Shown here piece by piece: positions 53,231 to 62,738 of a DNA stretch of 64,000 nucleotides; the stretch's first letter is position 1, and each line of letters begins with the position of its first letter. Source of the stretch: Steroidobacteraceae bacterium (lineage in GTDB: Bacteria > Pseudomonadota > Gammaproteobacteria > Steroidobacterales > Steroidobacteraceae); contig DATDIL010000031.1 of the NCBI GenBank assembly GCA_036521075.1, positions 7,961 to 71,960 of the forward strand. Direction: 5' to 3'. A model generated the notes under the pieces. It searched no databases and was not told the DNA's origin. It saw only the letters and a program-made list of their open reading frames with translations. A program made the position numbers and the translations under genes.

Positions 53231-54475
53231 ATGACACAGGAATCCCTCACCTCCCGGGCCAAGCTGCAGGCGCGCCTGGAGGTGGTCACTGCCGAGCGTG
53301 ACCGGCTTTCCAAGCTGCTGCGGGAGCGCGAGAGTGAGAATGACCGAAAGAACTTCTTCGCCACTCTGGCCCATGAAATGCGCAATCCGCTCGCCACCAT
53401 GCGCAGTGCCGTCCATATCCTGCGCATCGCCGGGAATGACCAGGCGCTCACGCGGGCCGCGCGCGGCATGATCGAACGGCAGGTCAATCAGCTGGCGCGT
53501 CTGATCGAGGATCTGACCGATGTGGCGCATGTTGCGCAGGGGCATCTGGAATTACGGCGCGAGCGGGTCATGTTGGAGTCGCTGCTGCAGCGGGCCATTG
53601 AGGCCAACGGTGCCGTCCTGGAGAGCCGCCAGCAGCACTTGCGCGTGGACCTGCCCGCGGTGCCCGTATGGCTGTACGTGGACAGCCGGCGCATCGTGCA
53701 GGTGTTCGCGGGCATCCTGAACAACAGTTCCAAGTTCAGTCATGTCGGGGCCGAGATCCGCGTTACCGCCACCGAGGACGAGGAGGAAAAGTGTCTGGTA
53801 ATCAGCATTTCCGATGATGGCGCCGGCATCTCCGACGAAGTTCTGCCGCAAGTGTTCGATCGGTTCACGCGCAATGGCAGCGGCACTCGCGACGCGCACG
53901 TGGGCTTGGGTATCGGCATGACCCTCGCCAAACGCCTGGTCGAGCTGCATGGCGGCCAGATTGCCGTCCATAGCGATGGGCCCGGCGAAGGCAGCACTTT
54001 CGTCGTACAGCTGAATCTGGCCCATGTGCAGGCGGTACGGGCCGCGCCGACGGCGACCGAATCGGTTGTCAACGACGCGGCGCGCAGCAGTGCGCGGGTG
54101 CTGATCGTGGATGATAACCGCGACGCCGCTCAGAGCCTGGCGCTCATGCTCGATCTGGAGGGCCACGAGGTGCGCACTGCCGCGGATGGGCTGGAAGCCT
54201 TGGAAGTCGCAGAGGTTTTCCGCCCGAAAGTCGTGCTGCTGGACATCGGCATGCCCGGAATCGACGGCTACGAGACCGCGCGTCGCCTGCGCGCCCGACC
54301 CTGGGCGAAGTCGGCACTCCTGTGCGCCCAGACGGGCTGGGGACAGGAGGACGACAAGCGCAAGGCACGCAGTGCCGGATTCGATCGCCACCTTGTCAAG
54401 CCCATTGACCCGGAGGAACTCAATCGCATCCTCGCCGAGGTGTGCGACGAAGGAAGGTCAGGCCTGAGTGCCTGA
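53231..54475 (+). CDS. soluble hybrid histidine kinase (coiled coil + HisKA/HATPase + C-terminal receiver)
   Basis: Internal ATG at 53231 after AGGAG. No TM or sensor domain is evident. H-box FFATLAHEMRNPLATM; G boxes DDGAGIS and GLGIGMTLA. REC: VLIVDDNRDAAQSL...VVLLDIGMPGIDGYE...KP. Confidence 0.85.
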   Translation: MTQESLTSRAKLQARLEVVTAERDRLSKLLRERESENDRKNFFATLAHEMRNPLATMRSAVHILRIAGNDQALTRAARGMIERQVNQLARLIEDLTDVAHVAQGHLELRRERVMLESLLQRAIEANGAVLESRQQHLRVDLPAVPVWLYVDSRRIVQVFAGILNNSSKFSHVGAEIRVTATEDEEEKCLVISISDDGAGISDEVLPQVFDRFTRNGSGTRDAHVGLGIGMTLAKRLVELHGGQIAVHSDGPGEGSTFVVQLNLAHVQAVRAAPTATESVVNDAARSSARVLIVDDNRDAAQSLALMLDLEGHEVRTAADGLEALEVAEVFRPKVVLLDIGMPGIDGYETARRLRARPWAKSALLCAQTGWGQEDDKRKARSAGFDRHLVKPIDPEELNRILAEVCDEGRSGLSA

Positions 54476-54546
54476 CCACGCTTCAGTGCAAGTTCTTCCG
54501 GGCGGCGCGTAAACTTTGCACGCGCCTTCGCTCAATTCCTTGGGTC

Positions 54547-54915
54547 CTATTTGTCGCTGACCTCATGAATCGGCAATGCGCCGTGACTGGCCTGGCCGCC
54601 CTTGCGACCGGCCTGTGCCGCCAGTCCCGGATTCTGGGAGAAGCTGCGCTTCTCATCCGGCACGCTCTGGCCGCCCTTGCGACCCGCCTGAGCGGCGAGC
54701 TCCCGATTCTGGGAGAAGCTGCGCTTCTCGCCCGGTACGCTCTGACCGCCTTTGCGGCCTGCCTGCGCCGCAAGATCACGATTCTGCGAGAAGCTGCGTT
54801 TCGAATCGGGGACCGCCTTGCCGCCCATGCTGGCGATCTGCCGTTGACGTTCCTGGTTCATTGAAGCGAACCCACGATTGGAAGTTCGACCTTCCATACC
54901 TCTTGTCTGTGCCAT
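54547..54915 (-). CDS. KGG-repeat general stress protein (YciG/GsiB-like)
   Basis: Internal ATG at 54915 after AAGGAG. It has three tandem 25-aa repeats (KRSFSQNR.LAAQAGRKGGQSVP.E) plus flanking GGKA/KGGQ motifs. Confidence 0.8.
   Translation of the reverse strand: MAQTRGMEGRTSNRGFASMNQERQRQIASMGGKAVPDSKRSFSQNRDLAAQAGRKGGQSVPGEKRSFSQNRELAAQAGRKGGQSVPDEKRSFSQNPGLAAQAGRKGGQASHGALPIHEVSDK
54592..54816. repeat. three tandem 75-bp in-frame coding repeats inside the KGG stress gene
   Basis: Units start at 54592, 54667 and 54742 (CTGGCCGCCCTTGCGACC...GATTCTGGGAGAAGCTGCGCTTCTC...). The first two are nearly identical and the third is more diverged. Confidence 0.85.
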
Positions 54916-55090
54916 CTCCGGATCTCCTTTCTCGTAATGAGGAAGTACCAAGCCAGAACTGAAGCAAGACGCATGCCGCGCTGCCAGAAAAACCAAATTA
55001 CTCGCCAACACCTAACACTTTGAAAAAAGTGTACAAATGTCCTACAACGACGCGCAAATGTCCTACAGACGACGCGGCTGCAAACTGCGT

Positions 55091-56119
55091 TCAGGGCGTC
55101 AGTCGATCGATGACAACATTGACGGCGCCCGTCCGGCCAACATGATACGCCACTGAACCAAACGGGTCCCCGGTACGTGCCAGCGGGCCTCCGGACCCGG
55201 AGATGCGCGCGACGATTTCGACGTCCTGCCCGACCTGCATGCCATGGCCCGCCAGCATGGCATCCGCCGAGGACAGTTCCACGGTTTGCGGGAAGTGCGC
55301 AGGCAGGCGTTTGACCGCCAGCGGCGGACCCGCGGCCCGGGGGTCACGCACGAAGACGAATAAGGGCGCATCGCTCTTGCCACCAGACTTAAGCGTAGGC
55401 GCAACAGTAATGTGGATGCGCACTCGGGCCGCCGCCGCGCCGGCTATGGGGGCAGCCGCGGCCGCGGCGGGGGGCGCGGCGCCAAGTGCCTGATCAATCG
55501 CCTTGATCTGCTGCTCAATGATGGGCCGTACATTGTCCGGTGGATTCTGCGCCAGCAAGGTGGTGAACCGTTCACGTGCCAGCGGCAGCTGCTTGCGCTG
55601 GATGGCAGATGCCGCACCGTAGAACAGCGCCTTCGGGGAGTGCGGATCCAGCCTCAGCGCCTTGTCCACCAGATCACCGGCCCGTCCGGCCAGCTGCGAA
55701 TCATCCTCGGTGACCAGCGCCTCGGCCAAACCCAGCAATGCGTCGACGTTTTGGCCTTTGGCCAGCTGATTCGCGTGCTCATAGGCGCGCACGGCCAATG
55801 GTGTCTCCTCCAGCACGCTGTAGGAGCGACCCAGCAGCAGCCACCCGTTCAGGTCTTTCGGGTCCTTGGCGAGGCGTCGCGCCAGCGTGGCCACCATCGT
55901 TTGCGGTGAGCCATCGGCCGTCGCCGTCTTCGCGCTGGACCAGTTCCAGTTGCTGAAAGTCGCGTAAAGACCTGAGGCGCCTGCGGCCAATACGATCAAG
56001 ACGGCCAGTGCCATCAGCGGGGACCGTGGCGTTGGCGGACGCCGCGACAGCAGCGGGACGGCCAGCAGCGCGGCAATCGCCAGCACCATCGCGGCAGCGA
56101 TGACGATAAAGGTAATCAT
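55091..56119 (-). CDS. ccmI: c-type cytochrome biogenesis protein CcmI (TPR-containing apocytochrome chaperone)
   Basis: 342 aa with two N-terminal TM helices and TPR-like repeats. It is last in the ccm operon, with an ATGA overlap with ccmH. Confidence 0.75.
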   Translation of the reverse strand: MITFIVIAAAMVLAIAALLAVPLLSRRPPTPRSPLMALAVLIVLAAGASGLYATFSNWNWSSAKTATADGSPQTMVATLARRLAKDPKDLNGWLLLGRSYSVLEETPLAVRAYEHANQLAKGQNVDALLGLAEALVTEDDSQLAGRAGDLVDKALRLDPHSPKALFYGAASAIQRKQLPLARERFTTLLAQNPPDNVRPIIEQQIKAIDQALGAAPPAAAAAAPIAGAAAARVRIHITVAPTLKSGGKSDAPLFVFVRDPRAAGPPLAVKRLPAHFPQTVELSSADAMLAGHGMQVGQDVEIVARISGSGGPLARTGDPFGSVAYHVGRTGAVNVVIDRLTP

Positions 56120-56547
56120 GAATGCGAAATGTCCACATCATCATCGTTGTCCACCATCGCCACGCGCTGCCGTATCACACGCACGGCGATGACCACACCG
56201 ACAATGAGAAGAAACAATGGCAGGCCCCACAGCCAGGCATTGCGCCACGAGAATTCGGGCCGGAACAGGATGAACTCACTGTAGCGCGAGACCAGGTAGC
56301 CCTTGATCTCAACGTCGGACTTGCCGGCGCTCAACATCTCGCGAATTTCCCGGCGCACGTCCGCGGCAATCGTGGCATCGGAGTCCGCCAATGAATTGTT
56401 TTCGCACTGCACGCAGCGCAGCTCGTGAATCAGCACCTCGTAGCGCGCCTGCAGTACCGGGTCGGACATGCGGGCCGGATCCACGGCCCAGGTGCGGACT
56501 GCAAACAAGCACGCCAGCAGCGCGATACCCAGCAGGAGCGACCTCAC
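56116..56547 (-). CDS. ccmH: cytochrome c-type biogenesis protein CcmH
   Basis: LRCVQCENNSLADSDA (CxxC), then a TM helix. I chose the GTG at 56547, which forms a GTGA overlap with the ccmG stop and begins a signal-like VRSLLLGIALLACLFAV. The track ORF extends to 56616. Confidence 0.8.
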   Translation of the reverse strand: MRSLLLGIALLACLFAVRTWAVDPARMSDPVLQARYEVLIHELRCVQCENNSLADSDATIAADVRREIREMLSAGKSDVEIKGYLVSRYSEFILFRPEFSWRNAWLWGLPLFLLIVGVVIAVRVIRQRVAMVDNDDDVDISHS

Positions 56548-57116
56548 GAACCACCCGCGTTCGCGACCGGCGCGCTGGATTGCGGCGGCAGGCGCGCCAG
56601 GAACTCTTTGCGCCATATCTGCGGAGTGATGACTCCGGGCTCCTTGTAGACAATCACGCCTTGCGGATTCACCAACAGGGACTCCGGTGCCTGCGCGATC
56701 CCCAGATCGATGGCAGTGCGCCCATCACGATCGGTGACCACCTGGCTGTAGGGATTACCCTGCCGCGCCAGCATCTCCAGGGCAGCCGCGTTCTCATCCG
56801 GGTTATCCGCAACCCAGTCGACGCCAATGATCTGCACGCGCCCTTCACGTTGCGCCGCAAGCAGCGTGGGATGTTCGACCCGACACGAATAACACCACGC
56901 TCCCCAATAATTAAGCACATACCACTGCCCCTTCAGGTCGCGCGAACCCAGGCTCCTCGCAGGATCCGTGAGCACGGGCAGCTCCCAGTCGGGAATCTGG
57001 TGGCCGACCAGGGGGGACTTCAGTACGCCGACTTCGTGCGAATGATTGATGCCCACGGCGAGCACCACCACCAGTGCCGCAAACACCCCCAACGGAACCA
57101 GGAAGCGCGGCTTCAA
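56544..57116 (-). CDS. ccmG: thiol:disulfide interchange protein CcmG/DsbE
   Basis: TM anchor LVPLGVFAALVVVLAV, and a thioredoxin motif NYWGAWCYSCRVEHP (WCxxC). Start is uncertain: I chose TTG 57116, which overlaps the ccmF stop. The track ORF extends to GTG 57233. Confidence 0.8.
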   Translation of the reverse strand: MKPRFLVPLGVFAALVVVLAVGINHSHEVGVLKSPLVGHQIPDWELPVLTDPARSLGSRDLKGQWYVLNYWGAWCYSCRVEHPTLLAAQREGRVQIIGVDWVADNPDENAAALEMLARQGNPYSQVVTDRDGRTAIDLGIAQAPESLLVNPQGVIVYKEPGVITPQIWRKEFLARLPPQSSAPVANAGGS

Positions 57117-59068
57117 TACGCCTCTCCGCGCGCGCCGGGCACCCCGGCGCGGGCCGCGGCCCGCGCCATGCGGTAGCGACGATCGCTCAAGGCCAGCGCC
57201 CCTCCCAAGGCCATGAACAGCGGGCCCAGCCACAGCAGCGTGATCAGCGGCCGGATCTGCGCGCGGAAGCTCCAGCGTCCGGCACCCAGATCATCCCCCA
57301 GGGCAATGAACAAGTCCGTGCCGTAGCGGTTGTAGATACCGGCGACCTTGCGGGTCTGCTGCTGCACCCAGAACGTGCGGCTCTCCGGGTACAAGGTGGT
57401 GATCGGCTCTCCGTTGCGCGTGACGATGACCGTCGCGCGGATGGCACTGTAATTCGGGCCCTCGATGGGCTGGGTCCCCGTGAGCTTGAAGTCGTAGCCA
57501 CCAACATTGGCACTGGCGCCGGGCGCGAGGGCAACGTCCTGCTCGCTGGTATAGGACTCCACGCCGGTCAGGGCAATGACCGCCACCGCAAGGCCGATAT
57601 GCGCCAGGGTCATGCCCAGCACGCCCCGTGACAGGCTCAGATGCCGGCGCAGCCGATCCACCGGATCCAGCAGCGATGACAGGATGATCCAGCTGCCGAT
57701 GCCGATGCCAATGATGGCGAGCGCGTGGCGCCCGCCATAGGCGCCAAACACCACCGCGGCGCCGAGCAACGCGGCCACCACGAAAGTAATCAGCAGCGCA
57801 CGGGAGGATGTCTCCAGTCGGCCGCGCTTCCAGTTCGCATGCACGCCAACTGATAGCAGCAGCAGCAGCGGGATCACCGCCAGCAGGAAGGTCGGCCGGA
57901 AGTAAGGCGGTCCTACCGACAGCGAAGGTTGCCCGAACGTATCGGCGATCAACGGGGCGAGAGTGCCACCGAGTACCGTGGCCGCGGCAACGACCAGCAG
58001 GATATTGTTGAACAGCAGGAAGCTCTCGCGCGAGAGCAGGTCAAAGCCCGCGGTGGACTTCAGCAGCGGCGCACGCCAGGCATACAGAGTCAGTGCACCC
58101 CCGATGACGATCCCCAGGAACGCCAGGATAAAGCGTCCGCGCGAGGGGTCCGCCGCGAAGGAATGCACGGACACCAGCACGCCGGAGCGGACGAGGAAGG
58201 TGCCCAGCAGGCTCAGCGAAAAAGCCAGGATCGCCAGCAGCAGCGTCCAACTCTTGAAAAGCCCGCGCTTCTCGGTCACCGCCAGGGAATGAATCAGTGC
58301 CGTGGCCACCAGCCAGGGCATGAACGAGGCATTTTCAACCGGATCCCATTCCCAGTAGCCACCCCACCCGAGCGTGTAGTAAGACCACCAGCTGCCCAGG
58401 GCGATGCCACAGGTCAGAAAGGCCCACGCGGCCGTCGTCCACGGTCGCGTCCAGCGCGCCCAGTCCGGATCCATGCGACCCTCGAGCATCGCCGCGCAGG
58501 CGAATGAAAAGGCCACCGCCAGGCCGACATAGCCGGTATAGAGGACCGGCGGATGCACCGCGAGGCCCGGATCCTGCAGCAGCGGATTGAGGTCCCGGCC
58601 GTCCGCCGCCGCCGGAATCAGGCGCCGGAACGGATCCGAAGTGGCGAGCGTGAACAGCAGAAATCCGAAGCTGAGCACACCGAGCACACCCAGTACGCGG
58701 GCCGCGAAACGTTCCGGGAGATTGCGCGAGACGATGGCCACCGCCAGCGTCCATACCGCCAGCAGGAAGATCCACAGCAGCAATGAGCCTTCATGCGCGC
58801 CCCACAGCGCGGCGATGCGATACATCAGGGGCAGCGCGGAGTTCGAATTCTCGGCGACGTAGAGTACGGAGAAATCGAAATTGACGAAGGCATACACCAA
58901 TATGCCAACGGCCGTCGCCACCATCACGAACTGGCCGGCGACCGCCGAGGTGGTCGCGGCAACCCAGCGATCACGACCCAATGCGGGCCCCGCTATGCCA
59001 AAAAAAGCCTGCAGGGCCGCCAGCACCAGGGCGAGCACCAGGGCAAAATGACCCAGTTCGGGCAACAT
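57113..59068 (-). CDS. ccmF: cytochrome c haem lyase subunit CcmF
   Basis: 651 aa and polytopic, with the WWSYYTLGWGGYWEWDPVEN WWD-type motif. Confidence 0.9.
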   Translation of the reverse strand: MLPELGHFALVLALVLAALQAFFGIAGPALGRDRWVAATTSAVAGQFVMVATAVGILVYAFVNFDFSVLYVAENSNSALPLMYRIAALWGAHEGSLLLWIFLLAVWTLAVAIVSRNLPERFAARVLGVLGVLSFGFLLFTLATSDPFRRLIPAAADGRDLNPLLQDPGLAVHPPVLYTGYVGLAVAFSFACAAMLEGRMDPDWARWTRPWTTAAWAFLTCGIALGSWWSYYTLGWGGYWEWDPVENASFMPWLVATALIHSLAVTEKRGLFKSWTLLLAILAFSLSLLGTFLVRSGVLVSVHSFAADPSRGRFILAFLGIVIGGALTLYAWRAPLLKSTAGFDLLSRESFLLFNNILLVVAAATVLGGTLAPLIADTFGQPSLSVGPPYFRPTFLLAVIPLLLLLSVGVHANWKRGRLETSSRALLITFVVAALLGAAVVFGAYGGRHALAIIGIGIGSWIILSSLLDPVDRLRRHLSLSRGVLGMTLAHIGLAVAVIALTGVESYTSEQDVALAPGASANVGGYDFKLTGTQPIEGPNYSAIRATVIVTRNGEPITTLYPESRTFWVQQQTRKVAGIYNRYGTDLFIALGDDLGAGRWSFRAQIRPLITLLWLGPLFMALGGALALSDRRYRMARAAARAGVPGARGEAY

Positions 59069-59502
59069 CAGCTTCCTCCCCGCGCAACCGGCGCGGTGCC
59101 GGCAATCTTCGGTGGCATGTATTTCTCATCGTGCTTGGCCAGCACTTCGTCAGCGACGAACACGCCGTTTGCACTGAGGTGTCCATGTGCGATCACGCCC
59201 TGCCCCTCGCGGAACAGGTCCGGAAGCACGCCGGTGTACGTCACGGGAACGTTGTGTTTGAAGTCGGTCAGCACAAAACTCACCTGCAGGCTGCCGGGCA
59301 CGCGCTTCACGCTGCCCGCGGTCACCATGCCACCGAGTCGAAAGCTCTGGTCACCATGCGCCGCGCCGGCGGCGACCTCAGTGGGAATGAAATAGAACGT
59401 GACATTCTGGCGGAAGGCCGAGAGCGCCAAGGCAGTTGCCACCCCGACGCCGGCGACGATGCCCAGCACCAGGTACAAACGCTTGCGCCGCTGCGGTGTC
59501 AT
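59068..59502 (-). CDS. ccmE: haem chaperone CcmE
   Basis: Internal ATG at 59502. TM anchor, then FRLGGMV..GSV and the haem-binding [12 protein letters not shown] (His in the HDE.Y motif). Confidence 0.9.
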   Translation of the reverse strand: MTPQRRKRLYLVLGIVAGVGVATALALSAFRQNVTFYFIPTEVAAGAAHGDQSFRLGGMVTAGSVKRVPGSLQVSFVLTDFKHNVPVTYTGVLPDLFREGQGVIAHGHLSANGVFVADEVLAKHDEKYMPPKIAGTAPVARGGS

Positions 59503-59645
59503 TTGGTTACCGCCTGCATCTGAATGCGGCGCTGCGCGTCGAGTTTGGCCTGAGTCAGCAGGCGCCGCGCCCACGCGACATTCAATACCACCACCAGCAA
59601 GGTTATCCCATAGGCAGGCCACAGGTACCTGGCGTAGCCGCCCAT
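59499..59645 (-). CDS. ccmD: haem exporter protein CcmD
   Basis: 48 aa ([30 protein letters not shown]...), read within track ORF 59499..59858. It has an ATGA overlap with ccmE. Confidence 0.75.
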   Translation of the reverse strand: MGGYARYLWPAYGITLLVVVLNVAWARRLLTQAKLDAQRRIQMQAVTK

Positions 59646-59659
59646 TGCCAGGAAATGGC

Positions 59660-60397
59660 TCACGGGCGCACCACTTCGCGGATCCAGCTGGCCGCGCGTT
59701 CCCGCCGCAGCACCTCCGCCCGCAGTCGCACCAGCAGCACCGCCCCGAAGTACAGCGTGAATCCCAGCATGCTCACCAGCAGCGGTATCAGCATCGGGGT
59801 GGCAATGGTGTCCTTGCCCGTCAGACTCAGCGACGAGCCCTGATGCAGGGAGTTCCACCAGACCACCGAGTATTTCACAATGGGTACATTAACGACTCCC
59901 ACGACCGCCAGCACGGCGCTGGCACGATCTGCACGCTGGAGGTCATCAAATGCCGCGCGCAGGCCCATATATCCGAGGTACAAAAACAGCGTCAGCAGCT
60001 CGGTGGTCAGGCGCACGTCCCAGACCCAGTAGGCGCCCCACATGGGCTTGCCCCACAGCATGCCGGTACCCAGGGCCACAACCGTAAAGGATGCCCCGAT
60101 AGGCGCGCAGGCGGCCGCCACGCTGTGCGCCACCTTGATGCGCCAGATCAGCCCGACCGCCGCCGCTACCGCCATCCACACGTAGATCATCAACGACAGC
60201 CATGCCGACGGCACGTGCACATAAATGATCCGGAAACCATCCCCCTGCTGGTAGTCCGGGGGCGCCAGCACCAGCCCGTCGTACAGGCCGCCGAGGATCA
60301 GCAGCGTAGCGCTCCAGGCGAACCAAGGCGTCAGGCGCTCCGCCAGCCGGTACACATACGGCGGCGACCCCAGCCGGTGAAACCATGTCCAAGTCAC
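59660..60397 (-). CDS. ccmC: haem exporter protein CcmC
   Basis: The GTG at 60397 gives [12 protein letters not shown], typical of CcmC N-termini. The WWD-like motif is [17 protein letters not shown], and WWNSLHQG is also present. The track ORF extends to 60544, overlapping ccmB. Confidence 0.85.
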   Translation of the reverse strand: MTWTWFHRLGSPPYVYRLAERLTPWFAWSATLLILGGLYDGLVLAPPDYQQGDGFRIIYVHVPSAWLSLMIYVWMAVAAAVGLIWRIKVAHSVAAACAPIGASFTVVALGTGMLWGKPMWGAYWVWDVRLTTELLTLFLYLGYMGLRAAFDDLQRADRASAVLAVVGVVNVPIVKYSVVWWNSLHQGSSLSLTGKDTIATPMLIPLLVSMLGFTLYFGAVLLVRLRAEVLRRERAASWIREVVRP

Positions 60398-60404
60398 GTT
60401 ACGT

Positions 60405-61109
60405 CTACTCCAGACTGATGCGTACGGCGGCCGCCGCCGCCAGAGGGGCGAGAGTGAAAGACAGGACCACGATGGCCCCCAGCAGTTCCATGGGGGCGAG
60501 GTACGCTTCCCCGCGGATTGCCAGTTCCGTGGCCCGGCTCCCAAAAATCAGGATCGGGACTGCCAGGGGCAGAATCAATATGGAAAGCAGCACCCCACCG
60601 CGCCGCGCGCCCAGGGTCAATGCCGCCCCGATGGATCCGATGAAGCTCAGGGCCAGGCTTCCCAGCGCCACGGTCAACATGATACCCACGCTGGCCGACC
60701 CTGGCACGCCCAGGGTGTAACCCATCAAGGGCGCCATCACGGACAGCGGCACCCCGGTCAGCAGCCAGTGTGCGCCGGTCTTGCCCAGTAGCAGCCAGGT
60801 CAGCGACTGGCCGGACAGGGCGAACTGCTCCAGCGTGCCATCCTGCGCGTCATCGCGGAACAGAAAATCCAGCGCCAGCAACGCGGCCAGCAGGGCGGCG
60901 ACCCACAACACGCCCGGCGCGATGGCCCGCAGCGTGGCCCGTTCGGGGTTTGAAATCGACAGCGGAAACAGCGCGGTCACCATGACGAAGAATGCCAGCG
61001 GCTGCACCAGCTGCTCCGGCCGGCGAAACGCCAGCATCAGATCGCGCGCGATGACCAGGCGCGCGGCCCGCAACGGCGGCGTCATCTCAGTTGCCAGCGT
61101 TGCAATCAT
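60405..61109 (-). CDS. ccmB: haem exporter protein CcmB
   Basis: 234 aa with six TM helices. N-terminus LVIARDLMLAFRRPEQLVQPLAFFVMV. ATGA overlap with ccmA. Confidence 0.85.
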   Translation of the reverse strand: MIATLATEMTPPLRAARLVIARDLMLAFRRPEQLVQPLAFFVMVTALFPLSISNPERATLRAIAPGVLWVAALLAALLALDFLFRDDAQDGTLEQFALSGQSLTWLLLGKTGAHWLLTGVPLSVMAPLMGYTLGVPGSASVGIMLTVALGSLALSFIGSIGAALTLGARRGGVLLSILILPLAVPILIFGSRATELAIRGEAYLAPMELLGAIVVLSFTLAPLAAAAAVRISLE

Positions 61110-61732
61110 GCGGATAGATTCAATTCACGCAGGCGCGACGCGCCGATACCCAGTCCATGATGCACGGCCGCGATCGCAAGCCCGCCCGCATCCAGGTGTG
61201 CCTCGAGCAGCGTCGCGACCAACTCCTGGCCGCTGCTATCCAGGTTCGTCGTGGGCTCATCCAGCAACCACAGCGGTACCGCGGCGAGCAGCAACCCGGC
61301 CAGCGCCACACGGCGCTTTTGCCCGGCCGAGAGGGTCCGGACCGCACGCGTGGCAAACTCGCCGGCACCGGTTCGGAGCAAGGCGTCGTTGATTGCGGCG
61401 TGCGTGACGCGGCGGCGCATGCCCGTCCAGAAGCCCAGATTCTCGATCCCCGACAGGTCGGGCTTCAGCGGCGGCTCGTGGCCCAGGTACATCAAGGATG
61501 CGTGGAATCCTGCACGATCCTCGCGCACATCGTGCTCATTCCAGAACACGCAACCCTCCTCCAGATGATTGAGGCCACACAGTGCCCGCAGCAGCGTGGT
61601 CTTGCCCGCGCCATTGACACCCGTCACCTGCAGCAGTTCGCCGCCGCACACCGACAGGCCGACTCCCTTGAGGACGTGGTGCTCGGAGCGCCACAGGTGC
61701 AGATTTTCTGCACGTAAAGTTGAACCGTCCAT
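61106..61732 (-). CDS. ccmA: cytochrome c biogenesis ATP-binding export protein CcmA
   Basis: Internal ATG at 61732. Walker A GVNGAGKTTLLR, signature LSAGQKRRVALA, Walker B WLLDEP. Confidence 0.85.
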   Translation of the reverse strand: MDGSTLRAENLHLWRSEHHVLKGVGLSVCGGELLQVTGVNGAGKTTLLRALCGLNHLEEGCVFWNEHDVREDRAGFHASLMYLGHEPPLKPDLSGIENLGFWTGMRRRVTHAAINDALLRTGAGEFATRAVRTLSAGQKRRVALAGLLLAAVPLWLLDEPTTNLDSSGQELVATLLEAHLDAGGLAIAAVHHGLGIGASRLRELNLSA

Positions 61733-61875
61733 GGTCTCCCGACCCGCGCAGAGCATGCCGCCAGAAATCGGGTAGTCTCGCAAACTCAGTGACTTATAAC
61801 CATACCTTCAGCTCCCGCAAAGCCCCCTGCAACGACATTGTTCTGTAGAATCGCAGGCTAGTCGGCACCCCCTTT

Positions 61876-61962
61876 GCCCGGATGGCGAAATTGGTAGACG
61901 CAAGGGACTTAAAATCCCTCGGAGGCAACTCCGTGCCGGTTCGATTCCGGCTCCGGGCACCA
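61876..61962 (+). tRNA. tRNA-Leu (anticodon UAA), CCA encoded
   Basis: Hand-folded cloverleaf. Acceptor GCCCGGA/TCCGGGC; D arm GCGAAATTGGTAGACGC; anticodon stem AGGGA/TCCCT with loop CTTAAAA; long variable arm CGGAGGCAACTCCGT (class II); T arm GCCGGTTCGATTCCGGC; discriminator A + CCA. Confidence 0.9.
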
Positions 61963-61985
61963 CTGCAAGCGCAAAGAAGCCACGA

Positions 61986-62738
61986 ATGAAGAATCCACCG
62001 CACCCGAAGCGGATCCTGGCAGTCGATGTCGGCGGCTCTCACGTCAAAGTGCTGCTGTCGGGCTTGCCCGCGGGGCAGGACGCCGTGCGACGTGTCGACT
62101 CAAATCCGAAATTGACCCCTGGGCAGATGGTCAAGGCCGTCCGCACCCTGGCGCAGGGGTGGAGCTTCGATGCCGTCGGCCTGGGTTACCCGGGCGTGGT
62201 GTGGCATGGACGACCGCTCATCGAACCGCACCATCTGGGCAAGGGCTGGGTGGGATTTGATTACGCGGCGGCCTTCGGCAAGCCGGTACGCATGGTCAAT
62301 GATGCGGCGATGCAAGCCATCGGCAGCTACGAGGGTGGTCGGATGCTGTTCCTCGGACTGGGGACAGGCCTGGGCTCGGCGCTGATCCTGGGTGGAGTCC
62401 TTGAGCCGATGGAGCTGGGCCACCTGCCTTATCGCAAGGGCCATACCTATGAGGATTACCTGGGCATTCCGGGGCTCGCGCGGCTGGGCAAGAAACGCTG
62501 GCGTCGGGCAGTGTTCGATGTCGTGGATCGGTTGAGCGCTGCGTTTGAAGTGGACTATGTCGTACTCGGCGGCGGCAATGTCGCGAAGCTGAAGAAACTG
62601 CCGCCGCGAGTGCGTGCCGGGCACAATGCCAATGCCTTCGCCGGCGGTTTCAAGCTGTGGACTGAAAAATGCTGGACCACGGATCCCGACCCGAAGATGC
62701 TGCAGCGAAACCCACGCACAGGAACCTCAAAGTCATGA
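61986..62738 (+). CDS. ROK-family sugar kinase (polyphosphate glucokinase-like)
   Basis: 250 aa. Motifs: ILAVDVGGSHVK (ATP-binding N-terminus), VNDAAMQAIG, LGLGTGLGSAL. Confidence 0.75.
   Translation: MKNPPHPKRILAVDVGGSHVKVLLSGLPAGQDAVRRVDSNPKLTPGQMVKAVRTLAQGWSFDAVGLGYPGVVWHGRPLIEPHHLGKGWVGFDYAAAFGKPVRMVNDAAMQAIGSYEGGRMLFLGLGTGLGSALILGGVLEPMELGHLPYRKGHTYEDYLGIPGLARLGKKRWRRAVFDVVDRLSAAFEVDYVVLGGGNVAKLKKLPPRVRAGHNANAFAGGFKLWTEKCWTTDPDPKMLQRNPRTGTSKS

Noticed and set aside
54592-54816. Tandem 75-bp repeats that could be mistaken for a CRISPR-like or satellite array
   Set aside because: There are no spacers, the units are contiguous, in frame and translate to the KGG stress-protein repeat. This is an intragenic coding repeat.
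61794-62042. 82-aa minus-strand ORF
   Set aside because: It overlaps the hand-folded tRNA-Leu gene and the start of the ROK kinase gene. It has no coding features.
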